The notes under the pieces were generated by a model. The model worked only from the letters and a program-made list of their open reading frames with translations, did not search any database and was not told the origin of the DNA. Shown here piece after piece: positions 49,965 through 63,384 of a stretch of 64,000 nt of DNA. The position numbers and the translations under genes are program-made. The DNA is taken from assembly GCA_963707955.1 (NCBI GenBank), contig OY970176.1, forward strand, positions 64,001 to 128,000, in the 5' to 3' direction. The stretch's first letter is position 1, and every line of letters begins with the position of its first letter. This DNA comes from Candidatus Bathyarchaeota archaeon. Lineage in GTDB: Archaea > Thermoproteota > Bathyarchaeia > Bathyarchaeales > Bathycorpusculaceae.

Positions 49965-51218
49965 TCATGTTATTTGCCTGTAATCGAAGTCGTCTTCCAG
50001 AAGATGATTCTTGTACTTTGTGACGTCGGTCTCTTGTTGCATTAATCTAGTCAAGGTCGACGTGCCTTTTCTGTCTCCTAGAAGGATTGCTCCTACGATT
50101 TTGCCTTGGTCCAGAACGATCTTCTTGTAGACGCCTCTTTGCTTGTCGATTCTTTTGATCTCCTCGTATTGGGGTCCTTCGGGGCTCACCAGTCCCATTG
50201 AAGTTAGACTTATTCCCGCGATTTTTAACGTCGTGGACTGTATTGTGCCGTTGTAAACATGTTTTTCGCCTTCAAGCATGTTTGCAGCTGCTACTCTTGC
50301 TTGCTCAATAGCCGGAGGGATTATGCCGTAAACCTTTCTATGAAACTCCAGTACGTCTCTAGCAGCATAGACTTCATCAGCGCTGGTTCGCAGGTAATCA
50401 TCGACGACTACTCCCTTGTTTACTTTGATCCCCGCGTCTGCAGCGAGTCGGATGTCAGATCTCACGCCTGCTGATATCAAAATGAGCTCGCCTGAAACTT
50501 CCTTTTCATTATCAAGTGCTACTCCAGCAACTGCCTCTTTGCCAAGGATTTCGGTTGTTTTTACGCCAAGCTGCATGCCTATACCAAGTTTTCTAAGGTC
50601 ATTCTCCAGAATCGATGAGCCGTCTTGATCTAACTGCCTCGGTAGCAACATGGGGAAAATTTCTACAACTTCGACTTTTTGGCCCAGCTTCATTAAGCAA
50701 TCGGCAAATTCTATGCCTAGAAGTCCACCTCCGATGACTATTGCTTCCCTTGTCTTCGTTGCATATTGCTTTATAGCGATGGCATCTTCAACGGTGCGAA
50801 GAGTAAAAATTCCCTTCTTCTCTATGCCCGCTATAGGTGGAACGAATGCGTGGGCTCCGTTTGCCAAGAGAAGTCTGTCGTAGTTTGCTTTTAGGCCACC
50901 TTCAAGCGTGATTTCTTTATTCGCTGGGTCTATCCGCATGATTTTCTTGCCTAGTTGAACCTTAATGCCGAGCTTCTCATACCACTTCGGCGCATAGGAG
51001 TAGATCTCTTGCGGTTCTTTTTCTCCCGAAAGAACCTCGTATAGTCTCGGTCGAGGATAGTACAGATGATTTTCATCTGTGTAGACTGTAACTTCGTGTT
51101 CAGGAGCAGCATTTTGCCTTATGGCCCTTGCTGCTGTGACGCCTGCCACTCCGCAACCGATGATCGCGATACGCATAGGAATGCTCACCGAATCCTTGAT
51201 TGAGATTCCGTTAAGCAA
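49965..51218 (-). CDS. NAD(P)/FAD-dependent oxidoreductase (rubredoxin reductase/NirB-N-like); likely start 51176
   Basis: GCGVAG, GGGLLG; second FAD motif reads YAARD instead of YAAGD. Confidence 0.88.
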   Translation of the reverse strand: MLNGISIKDSVSIPMRIAIIGCGVAGVTAARAIRQNAAPEHEVTVYTDENHLYYPRPRLYEVLSGEKEPQEIYSYAPKWYEKLGIKVQLGKKIMRIDPANKEITLEGGLKANYDRLLLANGAHAFVPPIAGIEKKGIFTLRTVEDAIAIKQYATKTREAIVIGGGLLGIEFADCLMKLGQKVEVVEIFPMLLPRQLDQDGSSILENDLRKLGIGMQLGVKTTEILGKEAVAGVALDNEKEVSGELILISAGVRSDIRLAADAGIKVNKGVVVDDYLRTSADEVYAARDVLEFHRKVYGIIPPAIEQARVAAANMLEGEKHVYNGTIQSTTLKIAGISLTSMGLVSPEGPQYEEIKRIDKQRGVYKKIVLDQGKIVGAILLGDRKGTSTLTRLMQQETDVTKYKNHLLEDDFDYRQIT

Positions 51219-51239
51219 CCTCTTCTTAAATGTGGTTCG

Positions 51240-52649
51240 TCATTTTTTGGTGAGCTCTGAAAGCTCTCTGATGTCATGTATCTCGATCAGGTTGCTAGAA
51301 TGCTGTTTGGACGTTCTGAAGGCTGCGGTGAAAAGAATTGTGTCTCGGTCGCGGATGATGCCCATTGAATGAAGCTTGTTTGCGGTCGCAAGAATGTGGT
51401 CTTTCTCTTTAACGTAGTTGATGTGCACAGGATAGACGCCGAAAGACAGTTCAAGTTGTCTCTTCACGCGGTTATCAGGTGTAACGGCGATTATTGGTTG
51501 TATGAGCTTGAATCTTGAGATCATTCGAGCTGTGTAGCCTGATCGGGTTAGTGTGACAACTTTGTCTATGGGCATTTCTTGGCATATCCTTTGAACGGCT
51601 TTGCTTATCGTGTCTGAGGTGTTGATGAACCCTTCGTCTTCGACGTGGCTTTCGATTGCCTTTTCAGTTTCGTTCGCAATTCTTGACATCATAGAGACAG
51701 ATTCTACAGGGTACTGCCCTACTGCTGTCTCTCCTGAAAGCATGGTTACTTCTGTTCCATCCAATATTGCGTTTGCGACGTCGCTGACTTCGGCTCTTGT
51801 TGGACTCGGCTGGTGTGTCATCGATTCAAGCATTTCTGTTGCAGTCACAACGGTCTTTCCTCTCTGATTGCATTTTCTTATTATTGATTTCTGGAGCTGC
51901 GGGACTTTTTCTGGTTCTATTTCAACGCCCAGGTCGCCTCTTGCCACCATGATTCCGTCTGCAGCGTCGAGGATCTGATTGAAGTTTTCGACACCTTCCG
52001 AATTTTCTATCTTGGCGATGACTGCGCCTTTGAACCCGTCGGCCTCTTTCTTCAGGGTGTTCACGTCCTGAGCATTTCTTGTGAATGAAAGGGCTATAAA
52101 CTCAACATCACTCTCCTTTGCGAGATCTATTATTTTCAGGTCTTTGCTGGAGAGGGTTGGAACTGTCAGTTTCTTGTTCGGGATGTTGACTCCTTTTCCG
52201 TCGTCTATTTCACCGCTCGTTGTCGCAAGCAGTTTCAGGGTATCTTTCCGTTTTTCTTTGACTGTGGTTCTCAGCCTGCCGTTGTCGATAAGAACAGTGT
52301 CTCCGACATGCATTTCTTCATAGATGTTGTTATTGAAGCCTATTTTTTCGTTTCTGCCTACGTCAAGAGTGTCGCCTTTGTTGACAGTTTTTCTGCCCAT
52401 TGCTTTGAGCCTTATTTCAGGGCCCTTCACGTCGATGATTATTGGAATGTCTGCTACTTCTCGAAGACTGCTAATCATGATCCTGTACTGATCAAGCGTC
52501 CCATAAGCAGTGTTTATTCTGGCACCGTTCATACCTGAACGGTACATTTTTCTAAGCGTGTTTCTGGAAATGCTAGCTGGACCGATCGTGCAGATGATCT
52601 TGGTTTTCTTCACCCACTCATACTCCAATGCCATTTCAAAAGGCGCCAC
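51240..52649 (-). CDS. pyk: Pyruvate kinase
   Basis: TKIICTIGPAS, AKIEN, MVARGDLGVE, PTRAEVSDVANA, MLSGETA. Confidence 0.96.
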   Translation of the reverse strand: MAPFEMALEYEWVKKTKIICTIGPASISRNTLRKMYRSGMNGARINTAYGTLDQYRIMISSLREVADIPIIIDVKGPEIRLKAMGRKTVNKGDTLDVGRNEKIGFNNNIYEEMHVGDTVLIDNGRLRTTVKEKRKDTLKLLATTSGEIDDGKGVNIPNKKLTVPTLSSKDLKIIDLAKESDVEFIALSFTRNAQDVNTLKKEADGFKGAVIAKIENSEGVENFNQILDAADGIMVARGDLGVEIEPEKVPQLQKSIIRKCNQRGKTVVTATEMLESMTHQPSPTRAEVSDVANAILDGTEVTMLSGETAVGQYPVESVSMMSRIANETEKAIESHVEDEGFINTSDTISKAVQRICQEMPIDKVVTLTRSGYTARMISRFKLIQPIIAVTPDNRVKRQLELSFGVYPVHINYVKEKDHILATANKLHSMGIIRDRDTILFTAAFRTSKQHSSNLIEIHDIRELSELTKK

Positions 52650-52719
52650 TTGGAGTTCACAGTGAAGAAAAGTGATAAGTCCTATTAGAAGATTACACTA
52701 GTGTATATGGAGGATTTTC

Positions 52720-53409
52720 ATGATCTGCAATCTGTTTGTCTTTAGGCATGCTGAAACAACTGATAACAGCCGTGGAATATTCTCAGGTTGGCGAGACTCA
52801 GAACTTACCTTGAAAGGACTCTCGCAAGCACAGGAGATTGCAGAGCAACTAAGGCGAGAGAAAATTGACTATGCGTTCACCTCACATCTTAAGAGAGCTC
52901 GAAAAACTCTTGAAATAGTCCTTGAAAAGCATCCTGCTATCCCTGTTTTTACGGATGACGGGCTCATCGAACGTTGCTACGGCTTGCTTCAGGGCAAAAG
53001 CAAGAGAAGGGTTGCTGAGGAAAGGCCTGAATGGTTCGCTCAAATTCACAGGGGCTATGATTTTCCGCCGCCAGAGGGAGAAAGTTTAAAGATGGTTGAA
53101 AATCGAACGTTGCCCTTCTTGTTGCAGCTTCAAGAATGGCTCCGACAGAACCCGGCTAACGTGGCAATCTCGTGCCATGGTAACTCTCTGCGCCCAATTC
53201 GTCGAGTCTTCGAGCATCTGAGCTTAAAACAGATGCTTCAGATTGAGAATCCCCAAGATCGTGCAATGTCTTATGCCCTTCATGTTCACAGTGTTAATAT
53301 TGGAGGCCCTAGAAGAAACACCGTTAAAGCGGACTGGCAAGGCATACTGGTTCCTCAGCAAGTAAGATTGGCAACAGATCAGCGAAACCCATTGAAGAGA
53401 TATTACTAG
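52720..53409 (+). CDS. Histidine phosphatase, dPGM-like phosphoglycerate mutase
   Basis: FRHAET, FSGWRD, ERCYGLLQG, PPPEGESL, HGNSLR. Confidence 0.85.
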   Translation: MICNLFVFRHAETTDNSRGIFSGWRDSELTLKGLSQAQEIAEQLRREKIDYAFTSHLKRARKTLEIVLEKHPAIPVFTDDGLIERCYGLLQGKSKRRVAEERPEWFAQIHRGYDFPPPEGESLKMVENRTLPFLLQLQEWLRQNPANVAISCHGNSLRPIRRVFEHLSLKQMLQIENPQDRAMSYALHVHSVNIGGPRRNTVKADWQGILVPQQVRLATDQRNPLKRYY

Positions 53410-53580
53410 TTCCCAATAATGCTGCGCCGGAAGATCACTAGTGCACCTTGGCGCTTGCAATACAAAATTAGCGCGCTATCTTGTCTCTTCATTATGAAGA
53501 ATGTTGGTGAGATGGTTTGTCGGATAACTTCGGAAAGTTTAATTTGCTTGAGAAGATTAACAAGTTTAACGTGTTGAGAA

Positions 53581-53721
53581 ATGATGAAACCGAGAGAAGA
53601 AGAACAGATATGTGAGCGATGCGGTTATCCCATCGATGACTACAAATGTGTTTGCCCATACTGCGGTAAATCTTTTGGTTGCGATTGCTGCATAGGCCCT
53701 GACGCGGTAACTGGCGGTTAG
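53581..53721 (+). CDS. Small Cys-rich protein (46 aa) ending in Gly-Gly
   Basis: MMKPREEEQICERCGYPIDDYKCVCPYCGKSFGCDCCIGPDAVTGG; TATA-like AAAGTTTAAT upstream. Confidence 0.65.
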   Translation: MMKPREEEQICERCGYPIDDYKCVCPYCGKSFGCDCCIGPDAVTGG

Positions 53722-53757
53722 AAGCCGAAGCTTTATCCTGAGATATTTGTTTGGTGA

Positions 53758-56641
<2,884 letters not shown>

Positions 56642-56849
56642 GAGCAACTAAGAACTGGCATCTCATTCTCGTCCCTTTTTTGTTGCCAACTGCAAAATAG
56701 GAACAACTTGCTATTAGACTATCCGTCTGCCGTCAACAAAATGTCGTTCAGTCATGCAGTCGGCTGCGTAACGCGCGCGCTAATTCTGACGCAAAACTGG
56801 AGTTTCGTTCCTTCTAAGTAACCCGATGCTTCGGACAGAAATGCGCAGA

Positions 56850-57488
56850 CTATTTGATCTTGAGAGGTCTGCAATAGAACTGGTTGAAGCCCGCAAGCAG
56901 AGAGGAACCGCTCTTGAGGCCCGTGTAACAGTGTTCTTCGATCGTTAAATCATCGATCATGCGGTGTTTCTGGTAGGATTCTTGACTTTTCCATCCCATG
57001 AATCCCACGAACTCAGCAGGGTTGTAGTAATTGTAGAAAGTGCGGCAGAATCCCAGTCCTCCAACCGAACGCAGATCCTTTAACAGTTCACGTACCATTT
57101 TGTTCCAGGGGACCAGTTTTTTCATGGCCACTAATCCATGGCAGATTACAACCATTTCAGGCGGGTTTTCACTAGGCTTGGCGTAGGAGACTTCATCAAT
57201 TTCCCTGCAGAAGATTTCAAAGTACAGTCCTGGCTGAAAGTAGGCTGCGCCAATCCTGTCGTCTCTTCTCACCTTCATAATGCCTTGAGCAGCATCGTTG
57301 TGAGCTTTCTCCACTGTCCACTTGGTGTTACTCCAGATGATGTGCGGCTGCTGGATGCACTGGTAAAAATCTCTCTCCAGCACGCCTATTTCTCGGGTGA
57401 ACCTCTTCTCGGCTTCACGAAAACCATTGACCTGCTTCTCAAGTTCACCCTCGGGTACAATCGCAGTGCAAATAGTAAACATGGGCAT
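56850..57488 (-). CDS. Hypothetical protein with a duplicated ABM-like dimeric barrel pattern
   Basis: Two repeats ending W-x-S/V-x-x-x-H/Y; fold is an inference. Confidence 0.55.
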   Translation of the reverse strand: MPMFTICTAIVPEGELEKQVNGFREAEKRFTREIGVLERDFYQCIQQPHIIWSNTKWTVEKAHNDAAQGIMKVRRDDRIGAAYFQPGLYFEIFCREIDEVSYAKPSENPPEMVVICHGLVAMKKLVPWNKMVRELLKDLRSVGGLGFCRTFYNYYNPAEFVGFMGWKSQESYQKHRMIDDLTIEEHCYTGLKSGSSLLAGFNQFYCRPLKIK

Positions 57489-57827
57489 ACCTTTCCCACC
57501 AAACGTTTTTCAGTATTAGCGATTCATGCAAGATAAGAATTTTGCGTTCTTCCTCTGTGAAGATGCAAAGAATTTAGATCTTGTAAGAGTCTCTTCTGCC
57601 CATCTATGGGGCTTTCGTCAGGAAAACTGGTGAGCGCTGCCAGTCACTCTATGTCGTTTTGGATGAGGATTTCCATGATTTCTTGAAGGCTACGACCGAA
57701 ACATCGGGTCTTCCAGTTTCATGAAGATTAAGTGCTTTCATTTGTGACGTTGGCCTGGTTCACAGGCTAATTCTTATATTACTTTCTGCGTGAATACGTT
57801 TTCAAAGACTTTGAACAGGTCTGTCAG

Positions 57828-58994
57828 ATGGCATCTAATGGTTCTAGAAGAGTTGGGTTGATAAAGCCTTCAGCAATCCGTAGAATGCTCGAGCTTTCAG
57901 CAAGAGTAAAGAATGTGATTCATCTGGAGCAGGGTGAACCGGATTTCGTAACTCCAGGGCACATATTGGATGCGGCTGTTCAGGCGGCCAAGAAGGGTTT
58001 CACGCATTACACGGAAATTGACGGAACAATGGAGCTGCGTGAAGCCATAGCTGAAAAACTTGCGAGGGAGAACGGTATCGACGTTGACCCGCAAACAGAG
58101 GTCACGGTGACTGCTGGCTCTCAAGAAGCCATGTTTATCACTGCCCTCGGTTTTCTAAACGCTGGTGATGAAGCCCTAATCCTCGACCCCTACTATCCAG
58201 CGTATTTTGAGGACACTCTCCTAGCAGAAGCCTTGCCGGTTTCCGTGCAGCTTGATGAAAAGAAGGACTATGCAATAGACGTTAGACTCTTGGAAAACCA
58301 GCTGACAAAGAAAACTAGAATGATCTGGATGTGCAATCCTTCGAACCCAACGGGACACGTGTTCTCAGGACAGGACCTCGAAATCATAGCTGAATTCGCC
58401 AAACAGCATGATTTGATCGTCTTCTCTGACGAAATATACGAGAAGATCATCTACGATGATGCGAAACACATCAGCATAGGCTCGTTGCCAAGCATGGAAG
58501 ACAGAACGATAACAGTGAATGGTTTTTCAAAAGCATATGCTATGACAGGCTGGCGAATCGGATACGTAGCGGCTGAAGAGGGGCTGTCTGCCACCCTGCG
58601 CAAACTGCACTATTACGCAACGCTGTGTCCAAACGCACTCTCGCAAAAGGCAGCCTTTGCTGCACTAGCAGGTCCTCAAGACTGCGTTCAAAGAATGGTT
58701 GAAGAGTACGACAGAAGAAGAAGATGCGTGCTCAATGAACTCGACAAAGTTAAGGCCGTATCGTGCAGTCGACCGAAAGGGGCATTCTATGTTTTTCCAG
58801 ACTTTTCAAGCTTCGAAGAGTCTGATGAGGCGCTTGCCTCGTATCTGTTGAAGGACGCTGGGGTGGCGACTGCACCGGGTTCGGGTTTCGGGAAAGCAGG
58901 AGAGGGTCATCTGAGAATATCCTACTCAGTCTCCTATGAGCAAGCCAAAAAGGGAATAAAAAGCATCAGAGAAAGCTTAGAACGTAAAATGTGA
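57828..58994 (+). CDS. Class I/II PLP aminotransferase
   Basis: GEPDF, NPSNPTG, SDEIY, FSKAYAMTGWRIG. Confidence 0.94.
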   Translation: MASNGSRRVGLIKPSAIRRMLELSARVKNVIHLEQGEPDFVTPGHILDAAVQAAKKGFTHYTEIDGTMELREAIAEKLARENGIDVDPQTEVTVTAGSQEAMFITALGFLNAGDEALILDPYYPAYFEDTLLAEALPVSVQLDEKKDYAIDVRLLENQLTKKTRMIWMCNPSNPTGHVFSGQDLEIIAEFAKQHDLIVFSDEIYEKIIYDDAKHISIGSLPSMEDRTITVNGFSKAYAMTGWRIGYVAAEEGLSATLRKLHYYATLCPNALSQKAAFAALAGPQDCVQRMVEEYDRRRRCVLNELDKVKAVSCSRPKGAFYVFPDFSSFEESDEALASYLLKDAGVATAPGSGFGKAGEGHLRISYSVSYEQAKKGIKSIRESLERKM

Positions 58995-59389
58995 CCTGCA
59001 CACGCTTATTGGTGTGTATCGTACGCTTGTGGTTAAGACAGTCCATAGAATTCTGGTAGCCACCGATTTTTTAGCGCGCATGCTTGTTCCTAAATTGCGT
59101 TCAAGAGGCGGGTATAGCGTTTTCCGATGGGGGATTGTTACTGTCACGGTTCGAGCTGGGTGGTCTCGTGCTTACACCCTCCCCCCCGGGTATCGTATAT
59201 GGTCCAAATATGTTTGAAGAGTAAAATGAGTAGCGCAAGCTGCTTCCCGAAAGAATTCAGGAACACGCTAGCGCGCTACTCAGAATATGCGGCTGAAGGG
59301 AAAGAACCAAAGAGTTGGTTGAAAAGCATCCGCCAGACGGGTAGACAGAACGTGCGCTTATTAGTAGAAAAGTCTATTTCGTTATTGTC

Positions 59390-60295
59390 ATGTCGTCGGC
59401 CGATGTCGCAGTAAAAGTGTTTCGTGAACTGGAAAGCGAAGACCTTCGAGTGTTGCAGGCCATAGAAACTGCGATGAGTCAACACGAGTTCGCTCCGAAA
59501 GAGCAGATCGCAAAGTTCACAAGGTATGACTTGGCCCGAGACACAGACTTCAGGCTAACTCGAGTCCACAAGTTGGGCCTAATTTATCAGAAGCGCGGCG
59601 CCTACGTCGGCTACACCCTGAATTACGCCGGATACGATTGCTTATCGATAAACGCCTTAGTCAAAGCCGGAGTGCTTGAGGCGTTTGGCAAGCCGTTGGG
59701 CGTAGGCAAAGAAACCGATGTCTATGATGCTTTGGACCCTAAAGGCAAGCGAATCGCCGTCAAGTTTCATAGACTGGGAAGGATCAGTTTTCGACAGACA
59801 ACACGCAAAAGAAGCTACACGACCGAGCGTAGTGCAGGATGGCTTTATGAGTCACGACTCGCGGCGGAAAGGGAATTCCAGGCTCTTAAGCTTCTTTTTC
59901 CTTGTGGAGTAGCTGTGCCGGAGCCGTTGAATCAAAATCGTCACGTCGTAGTCATGGGGATGATTGAGGGTGCAGAACTCGGTAATTGGAAAAGGTTGGC
60001 CAGGCCCGATAGAATTCTTCGAGAAATTCTGCGCAATGTTCGGAAAGCCTTCTTGAAGGCAGGCGTTATTCATGCTGACCTGAGCGAGTACAACATCATC
60101 GTGAAACCTGATAAGCACATCTTGATAATTGATTGGCCACAGTACGTTAAGAGGGATCACCCTAACGCTGAAGAGTTGCTGAAACGCGATGTCCAGAACG
60201 TTCTGCAGTATTTTGAACGCAAGCATCGGCTAAGTGTAAAAATTCAAGAATGCTTGAATTATGTTACTGGAGAGAGTAGGACCATTATCTTATAG
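59390..60295 (+). CDS. rio2: Rio2-type atypical Ser/Thr kinase
   Basis: N-terminal winged helix, GVGKETDVY, KFHRLGRISF, IHADLSEYN, IIDWPQ. Confidence 0.93.
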   Translation: MSSADVAVKVFRELESEDLRVLQAIETAMSQHEFAPKEQIAKFTRYDLARDTDFRLTRVHKLGLIYQKRGAYVGYTLNYAGYDCLSINALVKAGVLEAFGKPLGVGKETDVYDALDPKGKRIAVKFHRLGRISFRQTTRKRSYTTERSAGWLYESRLAAEREFQALKLLFPCGVAVPEPLNQNRHVVVMGMIEGAELGNWKRLARPDRILREILRNVRKAFLKAGVIHADLSEYNIIVKPDKHILIIDWPQYVKRDHPNAEELLKRDVQNVLQYFERKHRLSVKIQECLNYVTGESRTIIL

Positions 60296-60524
60296 GAATG
60301 TCAAGCATTATGTAGAGAACGTTGTTGCCGCGCAACAGGACGTTTCCGTAGTTCGTGATCAGCTGGTCGTCCTTGGACTCGGTGGCCCCTTCCAACAGAA
60401 TGTTCATGTGGCCATCGCACTTGATCATCTTGCCCTTGTACTCGCCGCCGTTCTTCAGCACGACTGCGATTTCTGCGTTCAGCTGCTTGATGAGGACGTT
60501 TAGCGGTTTCTTGCTGGGTTCCAT
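60285..60524 (-). CDS. Sm-like (LSm) protein
   Basis: DGHMNILL (Sm1) and LLRGNNV (Sm2). Confidence 0.92.
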   Translation of the reverse strand: MEPSKKPLNVLIKQLNAEIAVVLKNGGEYKGKMIKCDGHMNILLEGATESKDDQLITNYGNVLLRGNNVLYIMLDIPIR

Positions 60525-60777
60525 TTGAGCACCTTGGTCTCTGAACGTGATCACACATAAGCTCAAGTCATCACGTATAAAAGCCTTATGAAAGGCAACC
60601 TCGCAACCGCAAGACGCGAAACTGTTTCGAACAGAGTTGAAGCGGTGCTGCATAAATCAGAAATGACCCTCACGTGCCATCGACCTTTTCACTGTCCATT
60701 CGCGATCGTAAGCCACAGGAAAATCCGGTTTTCTGTAGAATAAAGACTTAAGTGACTTTCCACATGGTAGGAAATGA

Positions 60778-61722
60778 TTGAAAATGAAGATAGTCGTCTT
60801 AGACCATGTTTACCTGGAAGAGAAGCACGTCAAAAGACTGCGGTCGCTCGGCGACTTGAAAGTTTTTGAAGAGCCGCCTAAGACTAGTGAAGAATTGAAG
60901 GAGAGAATAAGAGAAGCAGAGGTGGTCATAGTTGGGTGGAGCAACCTGACCAGAAGTGTCATGGATTCGGCTGAGAGACTGCGAATGATTTCGATATGGG
61001 CCACGACTTGCCACTACGCTGACCTTGAAGCGGCAAGAGAAAGAGGAATCGTGGTGACTCATGTTCCAGGCTACGCTACGGAAGCCGTCGCGGAGTATAC
61101 CTTCGCTTTGCTGTTGGCGGCGGTCAGAAGACTGACGCTAGCAGATAAGCATGTCAGAGAGGGAAAATTCGACTGGAGTCCCTTCGCAGGCAGCGAATTA
61201 GCTGGGAAGACTCTCGGAGTGGTCGGCACGGGAGCTATCGGTTGCCGAGTGGCTGAGATAGGCCGCGCCTTAAGAATGCACGTGCTGGGCTTTGACAAGT
61301 ATCCTAATCTCAAGAGAGCAAAAGAGGTTGGTATGAGCTATGCTGATCTGAAGACGTTGCTGAGAGAGAGCGATGTGGTAACTTTGCATGTTACTTTGAC
61401 GTCGGAAACGGAGAAGCTATTGGGAAAAAAGGAGATCGCAACCATGAAAGATGGAGCGGTGATTATTAACACGTCCCAGGGAAGGGTGATAGATCAGGAG
61501 GCTCTGGTTGAAGCGTTGAGGTCAGGAAAACTGTCCTACGCAGGATTGGACGTCTTTGAGGATGAACCGCCAGCCAAGAACAATCCTCTTTTCAAGCTTG
61601 GCAACACTGTGCTTTCTCCGCACATCGGTTTCAACACTGTCGAAGCAGAGGCAAGATGCACGGACATCTGTGTCGACAACGTTGCAAAGTTTCTTGAAGG
61701 AAAACCGCAAAACGTTTGCTGA
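60778..61722 (+). CDS. D-2-hydroxyacid dehydrogenase
   Basis: EAVAE, GVVGTGAIG, LDVFEDEP, SPHIG. Confidence 0.9.
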   Translation: MKMKIVVLDHVYLEEKHVKRLRSLGDLKVFEEPPKTSEELKERIREAEVVIVGWSNLTRSVMDSAERLRMISIWATTCHYADLEAARERGIVVTHVPGYATEAVAEYTFALLLAAVRRLTLADKHVREGKFDWSPFAGSELAGKTLGVVGTGAIGCRVAEIGRALRMHVLGFDKYPNLKRAKEVGMSYADLKTLLRESDVVTLHVTLTSETEKLLGKKEIATMKDGAVIINTSQGRVIDQEALVEALRSGKLSYAGLDVFEDEPPAKNNPLFKLGNTVLSPHIGFNTVEAEARCTDICVDNVAKFLEGKPQNVC

Positions 61723-61753
61723 GAGGCATGAGCTTGTTTCAAGGTGAGTTAAC

Positions 61754-62962
61754 ATGCGTCTGACCAAAGAAGAAGAGCAAATGCTCAACGGAGAATGGGG
61801 TGCAGGAACGCAGAAAGCGATGGAGTTGCTCTTGGCAATAGGAGAAGCGTATGACGCGGAAAGGATGATTCCTGTGAGTCGTGCGCACGCTGCTTCAAGC
61901 GGCCAAGAGGGAGACTTGTACTTCGTGGAGCTCTTGGCTGATGGAGGCGCAAGATGCCGAGTGCCGACCAGCACGAACCCGGTTTATGACATAGGTTATT
62001 TTCACGGTTTTTTTGACAACATTCCGAGAGACGAGGCTGAAGTAGCTCGGAGAGTGATGGAAGCCTACAAACGAGTGGGCGCCATGCTGACCTGGAGCTG
62101 CGTGCCCTACATGTCAGAAAACATACCGTTGTACGGTGAGACCGTCGCCTTTTCGGAATCGAGCGCCACGCCGTACGTGAATTCCGTCATCGGCGCAAAG
62201 ACGAATCGCGAAGCAGCTCAGAGCGCGCTGGCCGCCGGAGTGATCGGCAAAACTCCTGAATACGGCCTGCACATCAAAGAAAATCGCAGAGGCACGGTTC
62301 TCATCGACGTCGAAGCTTCCCTGAAAGACGAGTTTGATTACAGTCTGCTAGGCTACTGCGTTGGCAAGGCCGTGGGCTATGGAATCCCAGTGCTGACTGG
62401 AATAGCTAGACGTCCGAGTACGGAGGAATTGATAAACTTCTGTGCGATGTCCAACACGTCCGGTGCCATATCCATGTTTTACATGCCCGGACTCACGGTG
62501 CAGGCCTCAACGGTTCAGGAAACCTTCCAAGGCGACGTTCCAGAGGAAAAGATCGTTGTTACGGACAAGGAGCTTAAGATGGTCATTGAAGAACTTCAAA
62601 CGGCGAGTGGAAGAATCGATTTCGTTCAGCTTGGATGTCCCCATTACACTCTTAAACAGGTTGGGGAGGTCGCAGAGCTCTTGAGCGGAAAAAAGGTGCA
62701 CAAAGACGTGTCTTTCTGGGTCTGCACGTCGGCGACAACGAAAATGCTGGCCGACAGGGTCGGCTACACACGCGCGATAGAGGAAGCTGGTGGGCACGTT
62801 GTGGTTGACACGTGCATAGACGAGCCTTGCTGGGTCACGTACAAAGACAAAGTGGGCGTGACGGACTCGCCTAAGTGCGCCTACTATCGTAGATTCAAGG
62901 ACGTCAAGGTGATGAGGCTTCGTGACTGCATTGACGCTGCGGTCGAGGGCAGGTCGAGATGA
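61754..62962 (+). CDS. Aconitase X large (catalytic) subunit
   Basis: WSCVPY, SESSA, NSVIGAKTN, LGCPH, VDTC, TDSPK. Confidence 0.9.
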   Translation: MRLTKEEEQMLNGEWGAGTQKAMELLLAIGEAYDAERMIPVSRAHAASSGQEGDLYFVELLADGGARCRVPTSTNPVYDIGYFHGFFDNIPRDEAEVARRVMEAYKRVGAMLTWSCVPYMSENIPLYGETVAFSESSATPYVNSVIGAKTNREAAQSALAAGVIGKTPEYGLHIKENRRGTVLIDVEASLKDEFDYSLLGYCVGKAVGYGIPVLTGIARRPSTEELINFCAMSNTSGAISMFYMPGLTVQASTVQETFQGDVPEEKIVVTDKELKMVIEELQTASGRIDFVQLGCPHYTLKQVGEVAELLSGKKVHKDVSFWVCTSATTKMLADRVGYTRAIEEAGGHVVVDTCIDEPCWVTYKDKVGVTDSPKCAYYRRFKDVKVMRLRDCIDAAVEGRSR

Positions 62963-63384
62963 GAAGCTTGGAGACGTTATTGAAGTGTCACAGGATCATA
63001 GGAGGACGCGGAGAGGGTGAGGCTCTGGTGTCTCATGAGCCGATCTGCTTCTACCTTACGGACCCTAAGACCGGAGTCGTCAGGGAGAAAACGCATGAGC
63101 TGGCCGGGATGAACATTGCGAACAAGGTGCTCGTATTTCCGTCGGGCAAGGCCAGCTCCGTGGTTCAGATAGACGGTTTGTTCAAGCTGGCGTCACACGG
63201 CCTTGCTCCGAGGGCGATGATTGTCAAGGATGTTGAAACGGTGCTCATCGTGAGTGCATTCATAGCAAAAGTGCCTCTTGTAGACAGGTTGGAAAAGAAT
63301 CCGTTCGAGACTATTCACAATGGCGACTTTGTCACGGTAGACGCGGACAAAGGAATTGTTACGGTGGCAAGCCGAAGAGGTTAA
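62959..63384 (+). CDS. Aconitase X small (swivel, DUF126) subunit
   Basis: GEALVS, DPKTG, LVFPSGKASS. Confidence 0.9.
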   Translation: MRSLETLLKCHRIIGGRGEGEALVSHEPICFYLTDPKTGVVREKTHELAGMNIANKVLVFPSGKASSVVQIDGLFKLASHGLAPRAMIVKDVETVLIVSAFIAKVPLVDRLEKNPFETIHNGDFVTVDADKGIVTVASRRG

